Positions 10,690 to 22,300 of a stretch of 64,000 bases of DNA are shown piece by piece (the first letter of the stretch is position 1; each line of letters starts with the position of its first letter). The translations under genes and the position numbers were made by a program. Under the pieces are notes generated by a model that saw only the letters and a program-made list of their open reading frames with translations, did not search any database and was not told the DNA's origin. Source of the stretch: Chiloscyllium plagiosum (taxonomy: Eukaryota); assembly GCF_004010195.1 (NCBI RefSeq), contig NC_057755.1, forward strand, positions 5,383,789-5,447,788, read 5' to 3'.

Positions 10690-12349
10690 CTGATTTGATT
10701 AATAACCAGCAGGACACTCTTTACCTCCTCACAGGTCTCCATTCATGGGGATGTATTGTCCCACCCACTAAGGTTCATAAAGGTCAATCGCAAGTGAAAG
10801 TTTTGGATATTTTGATCAATGCTACTGACCGTTCCCTTACTCAGAAATGCATTAGTCACATCTTGCAAGGCCTACTCCTACCTCACCCAAATGGATGAGG
10901 GCCTTTTTGAGACTGGTCAGCTTTTGCAGGCAGTGGCTTCAGACACTAAAACCTTTACTCAAGTGCTTATTCTATATTCCTGTCCGAATGCTCCCCTTAA
11001 ATTTTAGCTGGCTGATTCGTCAAAACAATCATTTTCTGCCCTCAAAGACGCCTTGGCTACAGCCCCATTGCTAGGGTGCTCACTGCATGACAGACCCTTT
11101 CAGGTGGATGTTCGTGTCATCGATGAAGGTGCCACTGGTGTCGTCCCTCAGCAGCATGGTGACCGTCATCGCCCAGTCGCCGATTATTCCACTAAATTGT
11201 ATCCTGTTGCCAATGGCCCTCCTTACATCTCAGTCGACCGAACACCTCACCCAAGCTCATCTGAGCTGCTACGAGGTCTCGTTGGTCCAGAACCTTTACC
11301 TCTTGTTTCATTAATGCTCCACCTTACCTCTTAGCACGTTCCTTGAGCAACCTCCTGGCGATCTTACTGGATTCTTCCCCACTCCCACCACATCATTTTC
11401 TTATTCCTCCTCGCCGGGATTTGACAGACCTCCCAGTTGAAAGTCCTGACCTCAAATTTTATGTTGATGGTGGTTCCTCTGTTTTCCCGGACGATGCCCG
11501 GCAGTCAGGCGATGCTGTAGCAACAGACACTGCTGTTCAGGAGTCTGCTGCTTTTCAGACCCCTGGCCCTGCACAGAAAGCCGAGCTTTTACCCCTTACC
11601 AGAGCTTGTATTCTCGCTACTGATAAAATTGCTAACATTTACACAGATTCCACGACTCAATCAATGTTGTCCATGATTTTAGTCGCCTCTGGCAGCAACG
11701 AGGATTCCTTATTTCTTCAGGGACTCCCATTCAGAATACTCTTTTTGTTAAGATTCTCCTCGATGCTATTCTGCTTCCTCGTCAATTAGCTGGTATTAAA
11801 TGTACTGCACACAAAGGAGGGACACTCCGGTACACTCCGGAGAAATGCCCGTGCTGGTACAACTGCTAAAAAGGGGGTTGCATCAGCCATTTTCATTGTT
11901 CCAACTAATGGGAATCAGTGTTCAATTCAAGCAGCTACTTCAGAGACAAGGGCAGGGAAGATCTAACTGCGATTCAAACTTACAGACGGATGCCTCTGAA
12001 TCTGAACACCCACTTTGGAAGTCGATTGGGTGTTCACACTCCTCAACACGATACCCCTGGCTAACACCAGTGGGTCAAGTCTGTATTCCTAATTCTTTGT
12101 TCCCAGTGCTTAATGATTACTTACATACTTGTACCCATCTTGGCAAGGAAAGAATGGCACAGCGACTTTTAAAAACATGGTGGCACCACGATGTGAATAC
12201 AGCAGGTCAAATGTGGCTGGATATATGCCTTATTTGCATGTAAAGTATCTTGGGTTAAAGTATTAAATACCCTTCTGGGACTACACCCTTGCAAGATGGT
12301 CCTTTTGTCTGCATGCAGTTTCATTTTATTGAATTACCTAAAGTACAAT
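10690..12349 (+). mobile_element. Endogenous retrovirus pol remnant (class I, gamma/epsilon-like): RT connection, RNase H, integrase N-terminus
   Basis: ALATAPLLG..DRPFQVDV..QQHGDRHRPVADYSTKL; FYVDGGS..AQKAELLPLTRAC..ANIYTDS; LHTCTHLGKERM..WWH..CLIC (HHCC zinc finger). Multiple frameshifts. Confidence 0.88.
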
Positions 12350-15042
12350 TTGGAGATATTTGTAGCTCAGGCTGAGGATTTGGATGTAGGTTTGCTTGAT
12401 GAGCTGGAAGGTTCATTTTCAGATATTTCGGCGCCATTCTAGGTAACATCATCACTGAGCATCCTGTGAAACACTGGCGTTATGGCCCGCTTTCTATTTA
12501 TGTATTCAGATATTCTTGGGTTGGTGATGTCGTTACCTGAAGTGATGTCATTTCCTGCTCTTATTCTCAGAGTGTGACAGATGGAGTTCAAATCGAAGTG
12601 TTTGTTGATAGAGTCCCGGTTGGAATGCCATGCTTCGAGGAATTCTCGTGCATGTCTCTGTTTGGCTTGTCCTAGGATTGATGTGTTGTCCTAGTCAAAG
12701 TGGTTTCCTTCCTCATCTGTATGCAAAGATACTAGCGATAGTGGGTCATACCTGCCTTGTGGTTAATTTTCTGCCTGTTTGTCTAATGTAGTGTGTGTTA
12801 CAGTTCTTGCCAGGTATTTTGTAAATGACATTTGTTTTGCTTGTTGTCTGTATAGGGTAATTCAAATGCATTTGTTGCTGTTTTGGTGTTGGTGGGTTTG
12901 TGGGCTGCCAAGGGGTCTGAGTAGACTGGTACTCATTTCTGAGTATATTTGTTTTAGGGGTGAGCGGCTCGTGTTTTGGGGCATGTTTTGTCTGCGTGTT
13001 TGTTTTTGTTGCTGAGAAATCGACGGACTGCGATCATTGGGTACCCATTCTTATTGAATACGCTGAATAGGTGTTTTGTCTGTTTTTCGCAGTTCATCTG
13101 AGCTGCAGTTCATCTGGGCTCATTGAAATATTGTTCTGATGCAGCTTCGTTTGTGGGTGTTGGGATTATTGCTTCTGTATTTCAGTATTTGGTCCGTATG
13201 TGTTGCTTTCCTGTAGACGCTGGTTTAAAGTTCGCCATTAGCTGTTCGCTCTACTGTGACATCAAAGAATGGGAGTCTGTGTTGTTTCATCCTCCTTTGT
13301 GAATTTTATGCCTGTCACGGTATTATTGATGGTGTTGAAGGTTTCTTCTAATTTGTTTAGTTTAGTGATGACCAAAGTCTCATCCCTGTAGCAGAACCAA
13401 AGTTTGGGTTAAATGATTAGCAGAGATGTTTGTTCGAGTTTCTGCATTACTGCCTCTGCTAAAAACCCTGATATCGAAGATCTCATAGGTGTTCCATTGG
13501 TTGGTCTGTAGGTTTTTTTTGTTGAAGGTGAAGTGGGTGATAAGGCATAGGCCCCCAGGTTGATGATAATATCGTTGGTGATGAAGCTGGTGGTGTCAAG
13601 TCTATGTGTCTTTGGTTCTTCTAATAGTGTAGTCAGTCTTTCCTTGGTCAGATTGATGTCGATGGATGTGAACAGGGCTATTATGTGCGAGACTATAGTT
13701 TCATCCTCTTCTATCTTGGTATCTTTGATGGTGTTCAGAAATTGTTGGGTGGAGTGAATGGAGGTGCATGATTCTCCTACTATTTTGTTTAGTCTTTGGT
13801 GTAGTTCCTTGGCCAATCGATATGTTGGAGTTCCCGCTAGCAAGACTATGGGTCTGAGAAACGCTCCTGACTTGTGAATTTTGGATAAGCCATAGAGGCG
13901 TGGTAAGTCAGATCCATCTGTTTCATCTTTTGGAAGTCTGCCTTGTTTAATTCTCGAGGTTTCTGGAGTTTTTTTTTAGTAAGGCTGTGAATCGGTTTTC
14001 TCGTTGTTGCTTAGGGCCAATTGCCACCTATTGGTAACTGTCGTTATCTGCAAGCAGTGTGTTTGCTTTCTCAATGTAGTCTATCCGGTTTAAAATGACT
14101 CTAAGGCGTCCTCTGTCTGCAGGGAGGATAACAATGTTTTTATCTTTCTTGAGTCCTTCTAGTGTATTCCTTTCTTGTTTATTGAGTGTGCTTCCTTCCT
14201 TTTTCCCGCTTAATGATGGTTTCTTCTGTGAGTTTGGTTTCTTTAAGTATTGTTTCTAATGCGATAAACAACTTTCTTGTCTGCATCCCAGAAGTTGTAA
14301 TTTATTCCTGTTACTTAGACGGCTTTATCAGTGTCTGTTAAGTGTTGGACAGATAGGTTCTATGCTCTCTGCGATGTTATTTTGTGTGAGTTTGTCTTGT
14401 TTTGTTTTGGCAGGTCTAGTTTTTTTTTCAAATTCTGTGTTGGCCGCTGTCTCATGTCTATGGCTTGTTGTACTGTTTCCGTCCATTCGTGCTCTGTTGC
14501 ATGAGGAAGTCGAGTTTTTTGTCACTATATTTCCCAGTTGTATTTAAGGAGTCTGTTGTGGCCATCATTAAACTTTTGTCTCAGCATTCTGCAGCTGTTT
14601 TGCTCTGCTATTCAGTTGGACAGTGGGGTGTAAACGGAGGGTTTTTTTAATGTATTAAGATCGGACCTGTTTCTTTTGACATTCATGCAGGAAGTACAGC
14701 TATTTGTGGGTTGTGGTCTGTCAGATGGCATTGGTTTCCCATCTTTGGGCTAGTTTTAGTGTTTTGTGCCCGTAGACGTTAGCGAGTTTGGAAAAGATTC
14801 AGAGTTCAGGTGGGGATTCCAGATGTAAGTTTGCTCGCTGAGCTGGAAGGTTAGTTTTCAGACTCATCACTATGAAATCACCAACACAGGAAATGACATC
14901 ACCAACCCAAGGAAACCGAAAGACATAAATAGGAATGGCGCCATAACGCCAGTGCTTAACCAGAGTCTCACTGATGATGTTACCTCGTACGGACACGAAA
15001 CGTCTGACAGTGAACCTTCCAGCTCAGCGAACCAACCTACAT
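12350..15042 (-). mobile_element. Near full-length Penelope-like retroelement (RT plus GIY-YIG region, pLTRs, 5' inverted pLTR)
   Basis: Minus ORF 13409-13843 (GTPTYRLAKEL, ALFTSID, GTPMRSSISGFLAEAVM). pLTR copies at about 12350-12560 and 14800-15042, the latter partly inverted. Flanked by a 13-bp duplication CCTAAAGTACAAT (12337-12349 and 15043-15055). Confidence 0.88.
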
Positions 15043-15212
15043 CCTAAAGTACAATGTTATAAATACTGTTTGTTCATGTTCGATGTATTTAGCAAATGGA
15101 TCGAAGCCTTTCCCTCTACTAATTGTACTGCATATACAGTAGACAAAATATTGTTGACTAAAGTTATTCCCCATTTTGGGTTACCTAAAAGGATGAGTTC
15201 TGACAATGGACC
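15043..15212 (+). mobile_element. Continuation of the ERV integrase core after the Penelope insertion
   Basis: PKVQCYKYCLFMFDVFSKWIEAFP..KVIPHFGLPKRMSSDNGP (rve core); truncated by the CR1 3' end. Confidence 0.88.
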
Positions 15213-18200
15213 ATATAGAACATTAGAGAACAGTGCAGGCTCTTCAGACCTCGATGTTGCACCGACCTGTGGAACCATTCGGAACCCTATAGATCCGATA
15301 CTATTCCATTTTCATTCATTTGTTTATCCAATGACCATTTTAATGCCTTTAAAGTCGGAGAAGCTACTACTGTTGCAGGCAGGCCACTCCACTCCCCTCC
15401 TACTCTCTGAGTAAAGAAGCTACCTCTGACATCTGTCCTTTAATCTATCACCCCCCTAAATTTAAAGCTATGTCCCTTCGTGCTAGCCATCACCAGCCGA
15501 GGAAAAAGGTTCTCACCATCCATCCTATCTCATCATCTGATTATCTTATATGTCTCAAATAAGTCACCTCTCAACCGTCTTATCACTAGCAAAAACAGCC
15601 TCAAGTCCCTCCATACCAGGTAAAATCCTAGTAAATCTTAACTGTACCCTTTCAAAAGTTTCCACATCCTTCCTATAATGGTGTGACCAGAACTGCACGC
15701 AATACTCCAAGTGCAGCCGTACCAGAGTTTTGTACAGCTACAGCAAGACCTTGTGGCACCGAAACTCAATCCCTCGGCTAATAAACGCTAACACACCGTA
15801 TGCCTTCTTTGCAGTTTATCTATGTCCCTCTGCAAACTGCAACATTCTTCGGCACTATCGCCAACTCCACCAGCCTTCGTGTCATTCGCAAATTTACTAG
15901 CCCATCCTTCAATGCTCTCAACTAGATGATTTATAAAATGACAAATAGCAGTTACCAAAAACAGATCCTTGCGGTACACCATTAGTAACTGAACTGCAGG
16001 ATGGACATTTTCCATAAACCACCACCCTATCTTCTTTCAGCTAACCAATTTCTGAACCAAACTGCTAAATCAACCTCAAATCCATGTCTCTGTATTTTGT
16101 GCGATAGCCTATCGTGGAGACCCTTATCAAATGCCTTACTGAAATCCATATACATCACATCAACCACTTCTCTCTCATCTTCCTGTTTGGTCACCTTCTC
16201 AAAGAACTCAATAAGGTTTGTGAGGCACGACCTACCCTTCACAAAACAGTGTTGACTACCCCTAATCAACTTATTCCTCTCTAGATTATTATAATTCCTA
16301 TCTCTTATAACTTTTTCTAACACTTTACCCACAATCAAAGTAAGGCTCACTGGTCTATTAGTATCAGGGTTGACTCTACTCCCTTCTTGAACAAAGGGAC
16401 AACATTTGCAATCCTCCAGCCTTCTGGGTCTGTTCCTGTAGACAATGGCGACATAAAGATAAAAGCCAAAGGCCCTTCAGTCTCCTCCATAGCTTCATAG
16501 AGCATCCTCGGATAAATCCCATCCGGCCCAGGGGACCTATTTATTTTCACACTTTCCAGAACTGCTAACACCTCCTCCTTGTGAACCTCAATCCCATCTT
16601 GTCGACTGTATTTCAGTCTTATAACTTCTTCCAAGACTTTACGGTGCAATCAAAGTAAGGTTCACTGGTCTATTCGTATCAGGGTTGACTCTACTCCCTT
16701 CTTGAACAAAGGTACAAAATTTGCTATCCTCCAGTCTTCTGGCTCTGTTCCTGTAGACAATGACGACATAAATATCAAAGCCAAAGGCCCTCCAATTTCC
16801 TCCCTAGCTTCCCAGAGAATCCTAGTATAAATCCCATCCGGCCCACGGGACCTATTTATTTTCACACTTTCCAGAATTGCTAACACCTCCTCCTTGTGAA
16901 CCTCAATCCCATCAAGTCGCCTGTATCTCAGAATTCTCCTGAACAACATTGTCTTTTTCCAGTGTGAATACTGCCAAAATATATTGATTTAGCGCGTCCC
17001 CTATCTCCTCGGTCTTCATGCACAACTTCCCACTATCATCCTTGATTGGATCTAATCTTACTCTAGTCATTCTTTTATTCCTGATATACCGATAGAAAGC
17101 CTTAAGGTTTTCTTTGATCCTATCCACCAATGACTTCTCATGTCCCCTCCTGGCTCTTCTTCGCCCTCTCTTTAGGTATTTCCTGGCTAACGTGGGACTC
17201 TCAAGCGCACTTTCTGAACCTTTCCATCTCATCCTATAACAAGCTTTCTTCCTCCTCATGACAAGAGATTCACCTTCTTTTATAAACCACGGTTCACACA
17301 CTCGAACACTTCCTCCCTGCCTGACAGGAACATACTTATCAAGGATAGGTAGTAGCTGTTACTTGAATAAGCTCCGCATTTCAATTGTGCCCTTCCCCTG
17401 CAGTTTCCTTCCCCATCCTATGCATCCTAAATCTTGCCTAATCGCATCATAATGATCTTTTCCCCAGGTATAACCCTTGCCCTGTGGTATATGCCTATCC
17501 CTTTCCATCACTAAAATAAACATGACTGAATTGTATTACTATCACCAAAGTGCTCATCTACCTATAAATCTAACACCTGGCTGGTTCATTACCCAGTAAC
17601 AACATTTCCAGCAACACATTTTCAGCTCTGATCTCCAGCATCTGCAGACCTCACTTTCTCCTTATTACCCAGTACCAAATCCAAATCACCCTTTGTTAGC
17701 TTCTCTACATACTGTTTCCGGAAACCATCTTGCACACACTGAACAAAACCTGGCCCATCTAAAATTCTCAAACTATAGTATTTCCAGTCAATATTTGGAA
17801 GGTTAACGTCCCCCATAGCAACTACACTGTTACTCTTACTCCTGTCCAGAGTCATCTTTGCTATCCTTTCCACTAAATCACTGGAACCATTCGGAGGCCT
17901 ATAGAAAACTCCCAACAGGGTGACCTCTCCTTTCCTGTTTCTAACCTCAGCCATACTACCTCAGTAGATGAGTCCTCAAACGTCCTTTCCTCAATCGTCT
18001 TTGATGAACAGTACCACATCACCCCCCTCCTTTTCCACCGTCCCTGTTGTTACTGAAACATCTAAACCCTGGAACCTGCAATACCCTTTCCTGTCCCGGC
18101 TCTAGCCATGTCTCCGAAATGGCCACAACATCGACGTCCCAGGTACCAACCCATGCTGCAAGTTCAATCACCTTATTCCGGAATCTCCTGGCGTTGAAGT

Positions 18201-19345
18201 TGACACATTTCAAACGACCTTCCTGCTTGCTGGTGTCCACTTGCGATCCTGAGAAACTATGTTTCTGACCTCACTACTCTCAACCTCCTGAACACTGGAA
18301 CAATAGGGCAGGTTCCCATCCCCCTGCTGAATGAGTTCAAACTTTCCCCGCCGTGAAAATATCCCCCGCTGCCCCTCTCCCCCACTCCCAGATATTGGTA
18401 CCCCTCTGATTCAGGTGTAGACCATCCTGTTTGTAGATCTTCCACCACTCCCACAAGGAGCACCAATTAACACCATGTGTTCAGATTCTGAAATCTGAAA
18501 CTCTCCCTCCTGCACTATCCTTGCAGCCAGGTGTTCAACTCGTCTCTCTCCCTATTCCTTGCCTCACGAGCACATGGCATGAGCATCAAACCAGAGATAA
18601 CAACTTTGTTTGTTCTAGCTCTATGCTTCCACCCTAGCTCCTTGAGTTTCAGCCTTGTATCCCATTCCTTTTCCTACTTATGTCGTTGGTTCTGATGTGG
18701 ACCACAACTTGGGGCTGCTCCCACTCCCCCGCGAGGATCGTGAAAACACGATCAGAGACATCAGGAACCCTGGCACCTGGGAGGCAACACACCAACCATG
18801 AGTCTCTCTCATTCCAACAGAACTTCCTATCTGTCTCCCTAACTATGGAGTCCCCACTGACTTCTGCTCTGTTCATCTCCCCTCTTCCGTTTTGAACAAC
18901 AGGGACAGACTCTGTGCCAGAGACCTGTATCCTGTGGCTTTCCCGTGGTCAGTTTTTCGCCCCAACCCCAACAGTATCCATGACCACAGTGGATCCTTTC
19001 AGTCCCCTGTCTGGAACCAATCTGCCTTTTTCTTGTCCCTGAGGTGTGACTTCCTCCTCTGACTCTTCTCAATAACACCCTCCGCCTCCGAAGTTCATCC
19101 AGCTCCAGCTCCAGTTCCCTAAAACAGTTTCTAATGATCTGGAGTTGGGTGCATTTCCCACAAAAAAAGTCAGCAGGGACACTATTGGTGATCCTAACCT
19201 CCCACATTCTGCAGGAGGAACATTCAATAGTCATAACCGCCAATCCCACTATTCTAAATTCCCAATCAAGAATTTTTAGAAAAACTAGTTATCCAGTGCA
19301 CAGAACTTTTTTGGTTTGAGGAGGAGGATGGGTGGGAGCAACTAC
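15213..19345 (-). mobile_element. Near full-length degraded CR1 LINE (ORF1 zinc finger + SGNH esterase; ORF2 APE + RT)
   Basis: ORF1: ECSSCRMWE..CGKCTQLQ and GDSIVR..CCLPGARV..VVHIRTNDI. APE: NFNARR..VAISETWL, GVFYRPP, MGDVNLPNIDW. RT: SPGPDGIYPR, RSCLTNLIEFFE, SKFANDTK. ATAGAAC-type tail near 15213. Confidence 0.92.
17599..17663 (+). mobile_element. Truncated Penelope-derived repeat inserted in the CR1, with an 11-bp TSD
   Basis: ATTACCCAGTA at 17588-17598 and 17664-17674; body matches 57-113. Confidence 0.7.
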
Positions 19346-19354
19346 CACAAATAG

Positions 19355-22300
19355 TGTACCTGATATGTTATAGGGATCCATTCAACAATTAAAGGGAAAA
19401 TGGTGCTTTCCAGTCATTGAAAGGAACTCATCACAATGATAAAGAGCATTTGAAATTGCAGCAGGGTGGGTTTTTTCGGGGATATTTCTCTTCCTTTCAT
19501 ACAAGGAGAAGGGGGGGCGGCCATTCTCATCAGGAAGAATCTTCCATTTCAGTTGCTCGAACAGATTAAAGATGAGTATGGGTGCTTTGTCATTCTTAAG
19601 GTATCAATACTTGGAGAAGAGTTTGGTATCCTAAATGTGTACTATCCCCCAGCGCACCCTCTTGAATTTTTGATAGATGTTTTCTCAAAACTGATGACTC
19701 TTATACCGCCGCAGCTGATTAGAGGGGGAGTATTTAGTTGCCCGATGTTGGATAGGTTACCTCGACGCCCATCATTACTCTCTCCAGAATCTGAACACAT
19801 GGTGGACTTATGTGCAGAATAGGGATTGGAGGCGTTTCCACACCACGAGCAGGGACTTTACGTTCTTTTCTAATCCACACAAATGTCATACCAGGATTGA
19901 TCTTTTCCTAGCCCCTGCATTATCCTGGGATTTGGTAACTTACTGTGTGTTTGGAAATATCACTGTTTCGGACCATGCTGCAGTCTGTTTGGAGACTGAG
20001 TTTAAGAGTAGTGTGGTCGGCTTTCGACATTGGCGAATGGATCCCTTTATTCTGCGGGATAGTAAGTTTATTGAATATGTAAAATCCTAGTAAATCTTAA
20101 CTGTACCCTTTCAAAAGTTTCCTTGTTAGCTTGTCTACATACTGTTTCCGGAAACCATCTTGCACACACTGAACAAAACCTGACCCATCTAAAATTCTCA
20201 AACTATAGTATTTCCAGTCAATATTTGGAAAGTTAACGTCCCCCATAGCAACTACACTGTTACTCTTACTCCTGTCCAGAATCATCTTTGCTATCTTTTC
20301 CACTAAATCACTGGAACCATTCGGAGGCCTATAGAAAACTCCCAACAGTGGATAGGTTACCTCGACGCCCATCATCACTCTCTCCAGAATCTGAACACAT
20401 GGTGGACTTATGTGCAGAATAGGGATTGGAGGCGTTTCCACACCACGAGCAGGGACTTTACGTTCTTTTCTAATCCACACAAATGTCATACCAGGATTGA
20501 TCTTTTCCTAGCCCCTGCATTATCCTGGGATTTGGTAACTTACTGTGTGTTTGGAAATATCACTGTTTCGGACCATGCTGCAGTCTGTTTGGAGACTGAG
20601 TTTAAGAGTAGTGTGGTCGGCTTTCGACATTGGCGAATGGATCCCTTTATTCTGCGGGATAGTAAGTTTATTGAATATTTCTTAACAAATTGAAGGTATT
20701 TCTATCCATCAATTCGGATATGGCCAGTAACCTGTCCATTATTTGGGAAACAGCTAAGGCTTATGTCAGGCTCATGTTCAGGCTAGTCAGAAACGACAGC
20801 AGGGGGAGCAAAATGTCTGGTTGAGGTATGTAAAAGACCACAGAGAAGGCATATTTTGATAAGCCATCATTGGTTAAGTTGCAGTGGGTTACAGCTCTTC
20901 CTTGAACTCACACTAATACAGACGGCAAGGAAGGATCTCTCCTTTGTGAAACAGTTTGAACATGGTGACAAGTGCGCGGGTACCTACGATACATTTTTAG
21001 GAGAAAGAATGCCCCCCAGGCCATTACCTCGATCAGAGATGGGAATGGGATGGTCACTTGTGACTCTAAACAGACCAATACAGAATTCCGGAAATTCTAT
21101 TTTGAACTGTAGCAGTCTGAGTGTGAGGATGAATGGGCTATGATGGAATCTTTCTTTAAGAACTTGGATCTTTCAAGAGCCTCTCCTAAACAAGCATCTT
21201 CTCTTAATGCCTCTTTAATAATACAGGAGGACAGGAGGCTGTGTGAAAAATGCAGAGTAGGAAAGCGCCTGGTTTTGACGACCTCCCAGTTAGTTTTATA
21301 AGGAATTCATAAGTATATCATCGGGACCAATGCTGGTCATGTATAATGACTCGTTCAGTCATGATCATCTCCAACCATCCATTCTCTCATTCTTAAGAAA
21401 GGGAAGACTTCAGAGAAATGTGCCTCATATAGGCCCATCTCACTTCTGAACTCTGATTTCAAAATTTTGCCCAAGGCTCTCGCTTAAAGATTTGAAACTG
21501 TGCTGCCCTCCATTGTTAGGAAAGATCATAGATCCTCTAATAATGTCAGGAGGTTGCTAAATATGATAAATATGATTCAGGTTGGTCATCAGCGTTCTGT
21601 TCAGGAGAAGTGGTCTCCTTAGACACAGAAAAAGCATTTGGTCGGGTTCAGTAGCCATACCTTTTGTTTATGTCCTGGAGCGATTTGGATTGTGGAGGTT
21701 TTTATTAAGTGGGTGAGGGTCCTTTCACCAAAGGTGTGAAGTCTAGTGATTTTGATATTTGTAGGGGCTGTCAGCAAGGCTGCCCCCTCTCACCGAGTAC
21801 TTATGACTTTGGCGATTGAACAGCTGACAGAGGCGATCCGTCGGGATCAAAATAAAGTCACCCCTAAAGTAGGATCTAAGTCGCATAAGATGCCATTTTA
21901 TGCAGATGATGTTTTGGTTTTTTTTTCTGCTGGATCCACAGGTTTCTGTATCCCATCTTACACAATACATCAACTCATTTGGCTCCTTTACAGGTTGCAA
22001 GATTAATTTCTTAAAATCAGAGGCTATGCCTATGGTGGGAGGGTTAGGGGGGTCTTAGAAGAATATCTGCTGTGGGGGTGAACTAAAGTTCCCTTTCAAA
22101 TGGTCACAGGAGGATTTTTCATATTTAGGCATCTTTATTACTCTTATATTGATCAGTTGTTACAGGCCAATTTTGCTCACTTGCTTGACAGGATTAAGCA
22201 AGATTTTCAGCGATGGGAAGCACTTCCAATATCTTGGCTAGGCAGGGTGTCTCTTATCGAAATGAATGTTTTCTCCCATTTGCTCTATTCTATACAAATG

